Of a stretch of 32,000 nucleotides of DNA, positions 17,030-26,334 are shown in pieces. Numbering within the stretch: position 1 is the first letter of the stretch; each line of letters starts with the position of its first letter. The DNA lies in NCBI GenBank assembly GCA_965224465.1, contig OZ245049.1:1050001-1082000 (forward strand), read 5' to 3'. Both the position numbers and the translations under genes were made by a program. The notes under the pieces were generated by a model. That model saw only the letters and a program-made list of their open reading frames with translations, was not told the DNA's origin and did not search any database. The DNA comes from Flavobacteriaceae bacterium (GTDB taxonomy: Bacteria; Bacteroidota; Bacteroidia; Flavobacteriales; Flavobacteriaceae).

Positions 17030-17260
17030 TTATTCTGTTTCATATTCTTTTACCTGTTCATCGTAAAAAAGACTTGCTTCTTCGATCAATATTGCGGTTT
17101 CTCCAGCAAGTTCTTCTTCTTCCAAGCCGTGTAAATCTTCCAAGAATTCAATATCATCATCTTTTAAATTGATAATAAATCTCGGATACTCTGTATGAAT
17201 AATAAATATATCGTTAGGATGATCCGTATGGTCCCCCATTAGAAATTTAGGAATTTTCAT
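17030..17260 (-). CDS. Small acidic protein (hypothetical)
   Basis: 76-aa ORF that is strongly acidic in its C-terminal half (EDLHGLEEEELAGE ... DEQVKEYETE). Its start overlaps the MATE gene's 3' end by 14 nt, suggesting co-transcription. Confidence 0.5.
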   Translation of the reverse strand: MKIPKFLMGDHTDHPNDIFIIHTEYPRFIINLKDDDIEFLEDLHGLEEEELAGETAILIEEASLFYDEQVKEYETE

Positions 17261-18605
17261 GATGTTTTTTGATTAATTTTTTTGTTAAATAGTTAAAGCG
17301 CCAAAAAAGCAATAATGCGGATGTAGTTAAACCGAATAAGAGTCCAACCCATATCCCCAAGGTTTTTAATTCTGTGAATAAAGCCAAGTAATAACATATC
17401 GGAAAACCAATCACCCAGAAAGCTATAAATGTAATAATCATAGGTACATAAACATCTTGTAAGCGACGTAATCCACCTAGGATTACGGCCTGTAATCCAT
17501 CCGAAATTTGAAAAATTCCTGCAACAATCAATAAGGTTGCTGCAAGTTCTATTACTTCGTTATTATTTGTAAATAGGGTGGGTAAGATATTTTTTGTTAA
17601 CATAAAAACAATCGTAAATCCGACCATTATTAAAAGAATTAACAAAAAGTTTGAAAATCCGATGCGCCGTAAATCGTCAAACCTTTTTAAACCTTTCTGA
17701 TTCCCAACCCTTATCGTAGTCGCTACGCCAATCCCTATGGACACCATAAAAGTGGTAGAAGACATCTTAATCGCAATTTGATTTGCTGCTTGTGGAAATA
17801 CTCCAATAGCACCTGCCAACATAATAGAAGCAGCAAACAACCCCATTTCGAATAACATTTGCATAGATGAAGGAAATCCTAGGTGAATTATTTTAAGTAA
17901 AATTGATTCCTTTATCTCTGCTGTTTTTAAAACAGCTAAATATGGCTGAAACACTTCTTTACTCCATAGTATATATATCATAAAGAGCAACATCACAATT
18001 CTAGATATTAATGTCCCCCAAGCAGCCCCAACAATCCCCATTTCTGGAAAACCTCCTATTCCATAGATAAGAAAATAATTTAAAACTACATTTACAACGT
18101 TGGTAATTAATGTTGCCTGCATGGCGTACTTAGTCAAAGACAATCCGTCAGAAAACTGTTTAATTCCTTGAAAGAACACCAACGGAAACAAGGACAAAAC
18201 CACCACCTTAAAATACGGTTTGGCTAATACCACAACTTCTTCGGGCTGACTTAACATAGTTAAAACAGGCTCCATAAACCACATTCCTATTGTTAAGACA
18301 AATGCTAAAATCCCAATCAATAACATACTATGTTGAAAATAAAGCCTTCCTTTTTGCACGTCGTTTTCTCCGTCTGTTTCTGCAATTAATGGAGTCACTG
18401 CAAACGAAAAACCAATTCCAACGGCAATAGCAATAAACAAAAAGCTATTCGCCAAAGAAGAAGCAGCTAATTCTACAGGGCCTAAGCTCCCAACCATCAT
18501 GTCATCAATCAAACTAACTGTCATATGCCCCAATGCACCTGTAATTACAGGAATTGCAAGTTGTATATTTTTGCTAAATTCTTTTGTGTAAATTTTTAAA
18601 TTCAA
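17247..18605 (-). CDS. MATE-family multidrug/sodium-coupled efflux transporter
   Basis: 452 aa with 12 predicted TM helices in a two-fold repeat architecture. The N-terminal IQLAIPVITGALGHMTVSLIDDMMVGSLG matches the MatE motif. Confidence 0.9.
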   Translation of the reverse strand: MNLKIYTKEFSKNIQLAIPVITGALGHMTVSLIDDMMVGSLGPVELAASSLANSFLFIAIAVGIGFSFAVTPLIAETDGENDVQKGRLYFQHSMLLIGILAFVLTIGMWFMEPVLTMLSQPEEVVVLAKPYFKVVVLSLFPLVFFQGIKQFSDGLSLTKYAMQATLITNVVNVVLNYFLIYGIGGFPEMGIVGAAWGTLISRIVMLLFMIYILWSKEVFQPYLAVLKTAEIKESILLKIIHLGFPSSMQMLFEMGLFAASIMLAGAIGVFPQAANQIAIKMSSTTFMVSIGIGVATTIRVGNQKGLKRFDDLRRIGFSNFLLILLIMVGFTIVFMLTKNILPTLFTNNNEVIELAATLLIVAGIFQISDGLQAVILGGLRRLQDVYVPMIITFIAFWVIGFPICYYLALFTELKTLGIWVGLLFGLTTSALLLFWRFNYLTKKLIKKHHENS

Positions 18606-18626
18606 TCTCCTATTATTTTAAGCCTG

Positions 18627-18634
18627 CAAAGATA
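18627..18634 (-). promoter_or_regulatory. -7 promoter box (TATCTTTG on the minus strand) upstream of the MATE gene
   Basis: The plus strand reads CAAAGATA, 22 nt upstream of the MATE start at 18605. Confidence 0.45.
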
Positions 18635-18758
18635 CATGAATTTGTAAGATTACAAGAAGTATAAACAAATAGATACACGTGGTTAATGATACAGCAAATT
18701 TACATAAAAAAAAGCCTAAAGTATTCAAATAGACAAAGGTGACAAGTCCATATTTAAA

Positions 18759-18766
18759 TTAAAAAA
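18759..18766. repeat. Left target-site duplication TTAAAAAA of the ISL3 element
   Basis: Identical 8-mer found immediately outside both inverted repeats (18759-18766 and 20035-20042). The sequence is A-rich, so a chance match is not negligible. Confidence 0.65.
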
Positions 18767-20034
18767 GGTTCTACCACGAATGTTGTGGAATTAGTATCTT
18801 TACCTCAAAAAGATGTTTTCAACAAAACTGTTTGAGTTACTATTAAATTTAGGAACAGATTGGAAGGTTTGTGATGTAAAAGTTAATTATCTAGATTCAG
18901 AAATAGACATATTTATAGACTATCTACCAACAAGAGCATCTTGTCCAGACACAGAAGAGTTGTGTAGTATTTATGATCATAGAAGTACTCGTAGATGGCG
19001 TCATTTAGACACCTTACAATTCAAAACCTACATTAATTGTAAAGTCCCAAGAGTTAAGTCAACTAAAGGCGTTAAAACGATAACGGTACCATGGGCTAGT
19101 AATTTTTATCGTCATACTTACCTATTTGAAAGGCTAACTATAGACTTATTGAAAGCAACAAGAAATCAAACTCAAACGGCTAAACTATTACGTTGTGGCT
19201 TTAATATTGTAAACCGAATCATACATACTTCTGTAAAAAGAGGGCTTTCTAATAGGTCAGAAAACCAAAGATTTTCTCATCTAAGTATAGATGAAAAAGC
19301 TTTCAAAAAGGGGCATAACTATGTGACTGTAGTTAGTGATCCGAGTACAGGAATTGTAATTGATGTTGCAGAAGGTAGGACTAAAAAAGAGACTAAAATT
19401 TTACTTGAAAAGATTGTAAATGAGATAAATAGAGATGAAGTAGAGACTGTCTCTATTGACATGTGGAAGGCCTATTTATCGTCAGTAAAAGAAGTTTTTC
19501 CAAAAGCGAAAGTTGTCCATGATCGATTTCACTTAGTAAAGTACTTAAATGATGCTATAGATAAAGTTCGCAGACGTGAAGTGAAAAAAGAAGAAGGTCT
19601 TAAAAATAGTAGATTTGTATTGCTTAAAAATAAAGAAAACTTAACGGATAAACAAAGAGTATTATTTGACAAAATACAAGAAGCAAATTATCAAGCAAGC
19701 AAAGCATGGTTAGCTAAAGAAAATTTTAAAAATATATTTAGAAGTCCATCCTTGAAAGTTGCTTTAAGTCTTTTTATCAAATGGGGAGCAAGTGTTTTGG
19801 AAACAAAAATTAAAGAAATTATAAAGGTTGCTAGGATGTTTAATAACCATATAGAAGGGGTGTGTAATGCAATGGTTGAGACTGCTTCTAATGCAATGGC
19901 AGAAAGACTAAATGGTAAAATACAAGAAATAAAATCTATTGGTAAAGGCTACAGGACTTTCGTGAATTTTAGAAGTGCAATACTGTTTTTTAATGGAGGT
20001 TTAGATTTATACCCACACAAATCGTGGTAGAACC
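18767..20034 (+). mobile_element. ISL3-family insertion sequence (1268 bp), apparently intact
   Basis: The terminal inverted repeats are GGTTCTACCACGAATGTTGTGG (18767-18788) and the reverse complement of CCACACAAATCGTGGTAGAACC (20013-20034), with the first 13 nt identical and 19/22 overall. There is a single transposase ORF, and identical 8-bp flanks consistent with the 8-bp duplications typical of ISL3. Confidence 0.9.
18813..20030 (+). CDS. ISL3-family DDE transposase
   Basis: 405 aa with the N-terminal ISL3-type region (WKVCDVKV ... RRWRHLDT ... VPRVKS). The DDE core contexts are LSIDEKAFKKGHNYVTVV, VSIDMWKAY and NAMAERLNGKIQ. The stop codon lies inside the right inverted repeat. Confidence 0.9.
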   Translation: MFSTKLFELLLNLGTDWKVCDVKVNYLDSEIDIFIDYLPTRASCPDTEELCSIYDHRSTRRWRHLDTLQFKTYINCKVPRVKSTKGVKTITVPWASNFYRHTYLFERLTIDLLKATRNQTQTAKLLRCGFNIVNRIIHTSVKRGLSNRSENQRFSHLSIDEKAFKKGHNYVTVVSDPSTGIVIDVAEGRTKKETKILLEKIVNEINRDEVETVSIDMWKAYLSSVKEVFPKAKVVHDRFHLVKYLNDAIDKVRRREVKKEEGLKNSRFVLLKNKENLTDKQRVLFDKIQEANYQASKAWLAKENFKNIFRSPSLKVALSLFIKWGASVLETKIKEIIKVARMFNNHIEGVCNAMVETASNAMAERLNGKIQEIKSIGKGYRTFVNFRSAILFFNGGLDLYPHKSW

Positions 20035-20042
20035 TTAAAAAA
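20035..20042. repeat. Right target-site duplication TTAAAAAA of the ISL3 element
   Basis: See the left duplication at 18759-18766. Confidence 0.65.
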
Positions 20043-20128
20043 AACAGTATAAATTCCAATCATAAAGAAAATCTATGAATTGATAAAAATTTAAAATTAA
20101 GGAAACATAGAATCACAAAGTAAAAATG

Positions 20129-20136
20129 TACTTTTG
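20129..20136 (+). promoter_or_regulatory. -7 promoter box TACTTTTG upstream of the peroxiredoxin gene
   Basis: Exact TAnnTTTG match, 39 nt upstream of the ATG at 20175. It is embedded in the inverted repeat ATGTAC-N6-GTACAT (20126-20143). Confidence 0.45.
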
Positions 20137-20174
20137 TGTACATAAATAAATATTCACAATAAAAAATTATAAAA

Positions 20175-20807
20175 ATGGCCGTATTAGTAGGTAAAAAAGC
20201 ACCAGATTTTAACGCACAAGCAGTTGTAAATGGAGGAGAATTTGTTGAAGGATACTCTTTAGAGCAATTCAAAGGAAAAAAATATGTGGTATTGTTCTTC
20301 TACCCAAAAGATTTCACCTTTGTATGTCCAACAGAACTATTCGCTTTTCAAGAAAAATTAGCAGAATTCGAAAAAAGAAATGTTCAACTTATTGCTGTTT
20401 CAACTGACACAGAACAATCACACTGGGGATGGTTACAAATGGCTAAAAACGAAGGAGGAATAAAAGGAGTTACATATCCTTTAGTTGCAGACACAAACAA
20501 AACAATTTCTAAAAATTACGATGTTTTAACTGGCGATTATTTTTACGATGATAACGATCAACTACAAGCAGATACAGAATTAATCGCATACCGTGGTTTA
20601 TTCTTAATTGACAAAGAAGGAACTGTACGTCACCAATTAGTAAACGACTTACCTTTAGGAAGATCTGTAGATGAGACTTTGAGAATGGTAGATGCATTAC
20701 AATTTACAGAAGAGCATGGAGAAGCATGTCCTGCAAACTGGAATTCAGAAAAAGAAGGGTTAAAAGCAACTCACGAAGGAATTGCAGATTACTTAAGTAA
20801 AAACTAA
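20175..20807 (+). CDS. ahpC: Typical 2-Cys peroxiredoxin (AhpC/Prx1 subfamily)
   Basis: 210 aa with the peroxidatic Cys motif DFTFVCPTE and the resolving Cys motif GEACPANW. No ahpF is adjacent. Confidence 0.9.
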   Translation: MAVLVGKKAPDFNAQAVVNGGEFVEGYSLEQFKGKKYVVLFFYPKDFTFVCPTELFAFQEKLAEFEKRNVQLIAVSTDTEQSHWGWLQMAKNEGGIKGVTYPLVADTNKTISKNYDVLTGDYFYDDNDQLQADTELIAYRGLFLIDKEGTVRHQLVNDLPLGRSVDETLRMVDALQFTEEHGEACPANWNSEKEGLKATHEGIADYLSKN

Positions 20808-20828
20808 CATTTGAATATTTAGCAACTA

Positions 20829-20866
20829 AAATACTCTTGAATTAATTCGAGAGTATTTAGTTTTTA
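20829..20866 (+). terminator. Rho-independent terminator after the peroxiredoxin gene
   Basis: AAATACTCTTGAA (20829-20841) pairs with TTCGAGAGTATTT (20846-20858) in a 13-bp stem with one G-U pair and loop TTAA. It is followed by AGTTTTT. Confidence 0.7.
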
Positions 20867-20869
20867 GTC

Positions 20870-20877
20870 TATCTTTG
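20870..20877 (+). promoter_or_regulatory. -7 promoter box TATCTTTG upstream of tpx
   Basis: Exact TAnnTTTG match, 23 nt upstream of the ATG at 20900. Confidence 0.5.
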
Positions 20878-20899
20878 AATACACAATAAAAAAACTATT

Positions 20900-21397
20900 A
20901 TGGCAAAAATCACACTGAAAGGAAATCCAATCAAAACAGTTGGAAAATTACCTAAAATCGGAAAAAAAGCTCCAAAATTTTCTTTGATTAAATCTGATTT
21001 ATCAAAAGCAAAATTAAAAGACTTCAAAGGCTCAAAAATTGTATTAAATATATTTCCAAGTATCGATACAGGAACATGTGCTGCATCCGTTCGTAAATTT
21101 AACGAAGAAGCTTCAAAATTAGAAAACACAAAAGTATTGTGTATCTCTAAAGATTTACCTTTTGCTCAAGCACGTTTTTGTGGTGCCGAAGGTTTAGAAA
21201 ATGTTATCATGCTTTCTGATTTCGGAAAAGGGAAATTCGGAAAATCATATGGATTAACCATCGCTAACGGTCCTTTAGCACATTTACACTCAAGATGTAT
21301 TGTTGTTTTAGATGAAAAAGGAAAAGTTACCTATACTGAGCAAGTATCAGAAATAGCAGACGAACCAAATTACGAAGCAGCTTTAAAAGCACTATAG
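20900..21397 (+). CDS. tpx: Thiol peroxidase (atypical 2-Cys peroxiredoxin, Tpx)
   Basis: 165 aa with the peroxidatic Cys in PSIDTGTCAAS and the resolving Cys in ARFCGAEG. Confidence 0.9.
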   Translation: MAKITLKGNPIKTVGKLPKIGKKAPKFSLIKSDLSKAKLKDFKGSKIVLNIFPSIDTGTCAASVRKFNEEASKLENTKVLCISKDLPFAQARFCGAEGLENVIMLSDFGKGKFGKSYGLTIANGPLAHLHSRCIVVLDEKGKVTYTEQVSEIADEPNYEAALKAL

Positions 21398-21400
21398 TAA

Positions 21401-21769
21401 ATGAATAAAATTAAGAATTTTGTGGTCGGACGTATTATAAGTGTCAAATATGCAGCCAAGGGTTCTTGGATTTTAATCACTTCAGAACATAGTATAATGG
21501 CCCAAACTATTATTGCGACAGCAGTAACGGTCTTGGGTTTTTTGATGGATCTTACCACCTACGAATGGTTATTTCAAATTATAGCAATTGCGCTAGTGAT
21601 CGTTGCAGAATCTTTAAACACTGCAATCGAAAAAGTCGCTGATTTTATACATCCAGAATATCATAAAGAAATTGGTGTAATCAAAGATGTATCAGCTGGT
21701 GCTGCATTTTTTGCTGCAATATTTGCTGTAATTATTGGTTTAGTTATATATGTTCCTAAATTTATTTAA
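21401..21769 (+). CDS. dgkA: Diacylglycerol kinase (DgkA family, small membrane kinase)
   Basis: 122 aa with 3 TM segments and the conserved ESLNTAIEKVADFI ... IKDVSAGAAF motifs. It starts 3 nt after the tpx stop. Confidence 0.85.
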   Translation: MNKIKNFVVGRIISVKYAAKGSWILITSEHSIMAQTIIATAVTVLGFLMDLTTYEWLFQIIAIALVIVAESLNTAIEKVADFIHPEYHKEIGVIKDVSAGAAFFAAIFAVIIGLVIYVPKFI

Positions 21770-21797
21770 ATTTGAGTAACAAACCCCCTATTTTTTT

Positions 21798-21805
21798 TAT
21801 TTTTG
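21798..21805 (+). promoter_or_regulatory. -7 promoter box TATTTTTG upstream of ftsK
   Basis: TAnnTTTG match, 19 nt upstream of the ATG at 21824. Confidence 0.4.
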
Positions 21806-21823
21806 TGCATCTAAAAACATTGA

Positions 21824-24232
21824 ATGGCCAGCAAGAAAAAACCAACTAAAAAAGAAACGAAATCACCTAAACTTCAAAAAACGAAACAGTTTTTAAGTAA
21901 TAAACAAACACAACTTATTATTGCTTTTTCTTTGATGATAATAGCCGTTTTTATTACTTTATCAATCATTTCCTTTTTCCTAAATTGGCAAGCAGATCAG
22001 AGTCAATTAGAACAATTTTATGATAAAACAGTTTCTGTAAACAACTTAACAGGTAAAATTGGAGCCGACATAGGACAAACTTTAGTTTTTAATGGTTTTG
22101 GAATTGCTTCACTACTAATTCCAATACTCATATTTATAAGCGGAGTCCATTTATACAAAAAAACTTTTTTTAGAAATCTAAAAAACTATTGGGGTTATGG
22201 AAGCTTAGTTTGTATTTGGATTTCTTTATTATTTGGTGTTTTCGCAGTAAAAAACACACTTATGGCAGGAATTGTAGGTTATGAGTTACGTGTATTTTTA
22301 ACTTCCTATATTGGTAAAACAGGCGTACTATTATTGCTTTTTGTTACATTTATTTCGTTTTTGGTTTTATTATTCAAATTAACCAATGAAAGTTTTTCAT
22401 TCACTTTTTTCAAAAAAGACCAAAATGAGATTCGCACAGAAAAGAAAAAAGTCAGCCCCCAAGAAACTCCTCCTTCACCACCTGTAGTAACAACACCACA
22501 AACAGAGGATATCCCATTAGACATATCCCTTGAATCAAAACAACCTCCAAAAAGAGCTATTGAAACACCACTTGTAAACAATCTTAAAATAGTAGTAAAC
22601 GAAGAAGAAACAATCACAGACCCAGAAGAAGCAAAAGAAGAGTCTGTAGAGATCGACGTAGAATCTGTGCAAGAAGAGGATGCAGAATCAAAAAACTTAA
22701 GCGATCAACTGGTAGATGATTTTGGAGAATTTGACCCAACACTAGACTTGGCAAATTTCAAATTCCCTACACTTAACCTTTTAAAGGAATACCACGAAAT
22801 AATTTCGGTAAATCAAGAAGAACTAGAAGCAAATAAAAATAAAATTGTAGAGACTTTACGCAATTATAAAATAGGTATTGCCCAAATATCTGCAACTGTA
22901 GGACCTACCGTAACTTTATATGAAATTGTCCCTGAAGCAGGGATTAGAATTTCTAAAATTAAAAATTTGGAGGATGATATCGCCCTTTCTTTAGCAGCTT
23001 TAGGAATTCGGATTATCGCCCCAATACCAGGGAAAGGTACTATTGGAATTGAAGTCCCAAATAAAAAGCCCACCCTTGTTTCCATGCGTTCTGTAATAGC
23101 TTCAAAAGTATTTCAAAATTCTGAAATGGAACTCCCTATTGCCTTAGGAAAAACCATCTCTAACGAAACTTTTGTAGTAGATCTTGCAAAAATGCCTCAC
23201 TTACTAATGGCAGGAGCCACTGGACAAGGAAAATCTGTAGGATTAAACGCAGTACTGACGTCACTTTTATACAAAAAACACCCTGCAGAAGTGAAATTTG
23301 TTCTGGTTGATCCGAAAAAGGTGGAATTGACATTATTTAATAAAATAGAACGTCATTATTTGGCGAAGTTACCAGATTCAGAAGAAGCTATAATTACCGA
23401 CACAACCAAAGTAGTGCAAACACTCAACTCTTTGTGTATTGAAATGGACGACCGATACGATTTGCTTAAACTAGCTATGGTTCGAAATATCAAAGAATAT
23501 AATGTCAAGTTTAAAGAACGTAAACTAAATCCAGAAAACGGACATAAATTCTTACCGTATATCGTTTTGGTAATTGATGAATTTGCAGATTTAATTATGA
23601 CTGCAGGTAAAGAAGTAGAAACTCCTATTGCCCGTTTAGCCCAATTAGCAAGAGCCATTGGTATACATTTGATTGTTGCAACACAGCGCCCTTCTGTAAA
23701 TGTAATAACGGGTATTATAAAAGCAAACTTCCCTGCTAGAATTGCATTTAGGGTAACTTCTAAAATAGATTCCCGTACCATTTTGGATGGATCAGGAGCC
23801 GATCAATTAATAGGAAAAGGAGATATGTTATACTCTGGAGGTAACGATATGGTACGGATACAATGTGCCTTTGTTGACACCCCCGAAGTAGAACGCATTA
23901 CAGATTTTATTGGATCTCAACGTGCATATCCAGACGCTTACCTACTCCCCGAATATGTGGGAGAAGAAAGTGGCACAAGTCTTGATGTAGACATCGCAGA
24001 GCGCGATAAATTATTCCGTGATGCAGCACTTGTAATAATACATGCTCAACAAGGATCAGCATCGTTATTACAACGTAAATTAAAACTAGGATACAACAGA
24101 GCTGGAAGGATTATAGATCAATTAGAATCCGCCGGAATTGTTGGTCCATTTGAAGGCAGTAAAGCACGACAAGTTTTGGTATCAGACGAAATGGCATTGA
24201 ACACACTATTAGACAACGAAACAATTTTTTAA
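21824..24232 (+). CDS. ftsK: DNA translocase FtsK
   Basis: 802 aa with N-terminal TM helices, a P/E/Q-rich linker and a motor domain. Walker A is GATGQGKS, Walker B is VLVIDEFADL, and ATQRPS is present. The C-terminal gamma domain reads ASLLQRKLKLGYNRAGRIIDQLE. Confidence 0.95.
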   Translation: MASKKKPTKKETKSPKLQKTKQFLSNKQTQLIIAFSLMIIAVFITLSIISFFLNWQADQSQLEQFYDKTVSVNNLTGKIGADIGQTLVFNGFGIASLLIPILIFISGVHLYKKTFFRNLKNYWGYGSLVCIWISLLFGVFAVKNTLMAGIVGYELRVFLTSYIGKTGVLLLLFVTFISFLVLLFKLTNESFSFTFFKKDQNEIRTEKKKVSPQETPPSPPVVTTPQTEDIPLDISLESKQPPKRAIETPLVNNLKIVVNEEETITDPEEAKEESVEIDVESVQEEDAESKNLSDQLVDDFGEFDPTLDLANFKFPTLNLLKEYHEIISVNQEELEANKNKIVETLRNYKIGIAQISATVGPTVTLYEIVPEAGIRISKIKNLEDDIALSLAALGIRIIAPIPGKGTIGIEVPNKKPTLVSMRSVIASKVFQNSEMELPIALGKTISNETFVVDLAKMPHLLMAGATGQGKSVGLNAVLTSLLYKKHPAEVKFVLVDPKKVELTLFNKIERHYLAKLPDSEEAIITDTTKVVQTLNSLCIEMDDRYDLLKLAMVRNIKEYNVKFKERKLNPENGHKFLPYIVLVIDEFADLIMTAGKEVETPIARLAQLARAIGIHLIVATQRPSVNVITGIIKANFPARIAFRVTSKIDSRTILDGSGADQLIGKGDMLYSGGNDMVRIQCAFVDTPEVERITDFIGSQRAYPDAYLLPEYVGEESGTSLDVDIAERDKLFRDAALVIIHAQQGSASLLQRKLKLGYNRAGRIIDQLESAGIVGPFEGSKARQVLVSDEMALNTLLDNETIF

Positions 24233-24235
24233 AAT

Positions 24236-24883
24236 ATGAAACAAATAACTACTCTAATTATAGCATTAATTCTTAGCACTGCAAGTTTTGGTCAACAGGC
24301 TAAAGAAGCAAAAAACTTATTAGACGAAATAGCTACAAAAGCAGCTTCTTATACAAATATATATATTGAATTTAACAATAGTTTAGAAAACAAAGCAGAA
24401 AACGTTTCTGTAACATCTAAAGGGAATGTAACCCTAAAAGGAAATAAGTTTTTTTTAAATTATTTAGGAACTCAAACTATTTTTGATGGAAAAAAGCAGT
24501 ATTTAATCATTCCAGAAGATGAAGAAGTAATTATAAAAGGAGTATCTACAGACGAAGACGACGATTTGATAACACCTTCTAAAATGTTTTCATTTTATAA
24601 AGAAGGTTTTACATATAGCATGGGAGCCTTAAAAACGATCAAAGGCCGTAAAATTCAATTTGTAAAACTACATCCAATCGACAGCAAATCAGACATTAAG
24701 AATGTCCTTGTTGGAATTGACGCAAAAACAAAACACATCAATCAGATTGTAACAAAAGGACTCGATAATAATATTACAACAATTTCTATATTATCCTTTA
24801 AAACAAATCAACCTATATCAGAAAACCTTTTTATCTTTGACACCAAAAAGTACAAAGATTACGAAATTTCTGAACCCAATTAG
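24236..24883 (+). CDS. LolA-like outer-membrane lipoprotein carrier protein
   Basis: 215 aa with a signal peptide. The length and the position immediately after ftsK are typical of Flavobacteriia LolA-family genes. The assignment relies mainly on synteny and composition. Confidence 0.65.
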   Translation: MKQITTLIIALILSTASFGQQAKEAKNLLDEIATKAASYTNIYIEFNNSLENKAENVSVTSKGNVTLKGNKFFLNYLGTQTIFDGKKQYLIIPEDEEVIIKGVSTDEDDDLITPSKMFSFYKEGFTYSMGALKTIKGRKIQFVKLHPIDSKSDIKNVLVGIDAKTKHINQIVTKGLDNNITTISILSFKTNQPISENLFIFDTKKYKDYEISEPN

Positions 24884-24888
24884 ATCGA

Positions 24889-26334
24889 GTGAAATTATTA
24901 GATAAATACATTTTAAAAAGCTTTATACAGCCATTTATAGCGACCTTTTTTATAGTCCTTTTTGTGTTAGTCATGCAAGCCTTATGGCTAGCGTTTGAGG
25001 AAATAGCAGGAAAAGGAGTTGACCTGTCCTTTATTTTAAAATTCCTCTTTTATTTAGCACTTACAGTAGTTCCAATGGCGCTACCTATTGCCATCCTTTT
25101 ATCATCTATTATGGCTCTAGGGTCGCTCTCAGAACACTATGAATTTGCTGCCATTAAATCTGCTGGGATTTCGCTGTACAGAGTGCTAAGACCTTTAATT
25201 ATACTGACGCTATTGATAAGTTGTCTCAACTTTTTCTTTATGAATAATGTTTATCCATGGGCAACCTTTAAACAGAAAAACCTATACATAAATATTAAAA
25301 AGAAAAAACCAGCCTTAGCCCTAATTCCTGGAACATTTAATGCGGACATCCCAGACTACAGCATTTATTTTAAAGAAAAATACGGAAAAGATGGAAACCT
25401 ATTAAGAGGTATAAAAATATCCGATCTTAGTAAAAACAAAGGAAATATAACAAGGATCACAGCTGAAAGAGGAAAAATAACATCGGAAGAAGGGAGTAAA
25501 TACATGACCTTAACCCTAGAAAACGGTTATTTTTACGAAGAAGATGTCAATAACCTAAGTATAAAGCAACGTAAAAGGGCACTGCATTCCAAAGCCACGT
25601 TTAAAAAACATATAATTAATATAGACATTTCATCCTTTAGCTTGGACGATTTGGACAGCACCAAAGTAAAACAGCACCACAGCATGCTTAGCTTAAGTCA
25701 ATTAGACTCTATTGGAACGCGTAAAAAAACGGCCTATGACACCTATATTGCAGCCAAAGCAAAAAACTATTATTTACGTTCTAATGCCAATAAATTATAC
25801 AAATATCACGACACTTTAGTTGATCTTAATATCAGCATGCCTATTTTAAATAATTTTGACTTACACAATAAAATAATTGTATTGGACAATGCCTTACAAA
25901 GTATTGAGCGAAATCAAGATTTATTAAAAAACCAAAAAAATAGGTTTAAACAATTTCGGAAAGGCTTAAATTTGTACGACTTTGAGTATTACAACCGTAT
26001 TGCTTTTTCACTGGCATGTATGGTTCTCTTTTTTATTGGAGCACCACTAGGAGCCATAATTAGAAAGGGAGGGTTTGGATTGCCGATGATCGTAGCCATC
26101 TTTATATTTGTTATTTATTTTTTCCTAACAAAATTCGGAAAAAACTTAGCAGAAGAAAGTGCTATATCAGCCCTTTTTGGAAGTTGGGCATCTACATTAA
26201 TACTACTTCCTATAGGATTTTTCTTAACAAAAAGAGCTTCTAAAGGAATGGGAATAATTAATATAAGAGGCTTTTTAGATAAAATTAAAAGCATTTTCAC
26301 TATATTCAAAAACACTAAACAACAACGCAACTAA
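24889..26334 (+). CDS. LptF/LptG-family (YjgP/YjgQ) permease
   Basis: 481 aa with a GTG start. The N-terminus KLLDKYILKSFIQPF is typical of the family. Three TM segments are followed by a large periplasmic insert and three more TM segments. Confidence 0.8.
   Translation: MKLLDKYILKSFIQPFIATFFIVLFVLVMQALWLAFEEIAGKGVDLSFILKFLFYLALTVVPMALPIAILLSSIMALGSLSEHYEFAAIKSAGISLYRVLRPLIILTLLISCLNFFFMNNVYPWATFKQKNLYINIKKKKPALALIPGTFNADIPDYSIYFKEKYGKDGNLLRGIKISDLSKNKGNITRITAERGKITSEEGSKYMTLTLENGYFYEEDVNNLSIKQRKRALHSKATFKKHIINIDISSFSLDDLDSTKVKQHHSMLSLSQLDSIGTRKKTAYDTYIAAKAKNYYLRSNANKLYKYHDTLVDLNISMPILNNFDLHNKIIVLDNALQSIERNQDLLKNQKNRFKQFRKGLNLYDFEYYNRIAFSLACMVLFFIGAPLGAIIRKGGFGLPMIVAIFIFVIYFFLTKFGKNLAEESAISALFGSWASTLILLPIGFFLTKRASKGMGIINIRGFLDKIKSIFTIFKNTKQQRN

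Noticed and set aside
20060-20272. 70-aa minus-strand ORF spanning the peroxiredoxin promoter and start
   Set aside because: It overlaps the ahpC-type start codon and promoter in antisense. The sequence is hydrophobic and low-complexity, and nothing else supports it.
23356-23781. 141-aa minus-strand ORF, and other 60-100-aa antisense ORFs such as 526-804, 1042-1260, 4149-4473, 8106-8297, 12853-13365, 13963-14211, 14431-14634, 22306-22617 and 22864-23085
   Set aside because: All are fully embedded antisense to well-supported genes (ftsK, DUF4350-like, TRIC, prfC, mutS2-like). None has a motif or a promoter box.
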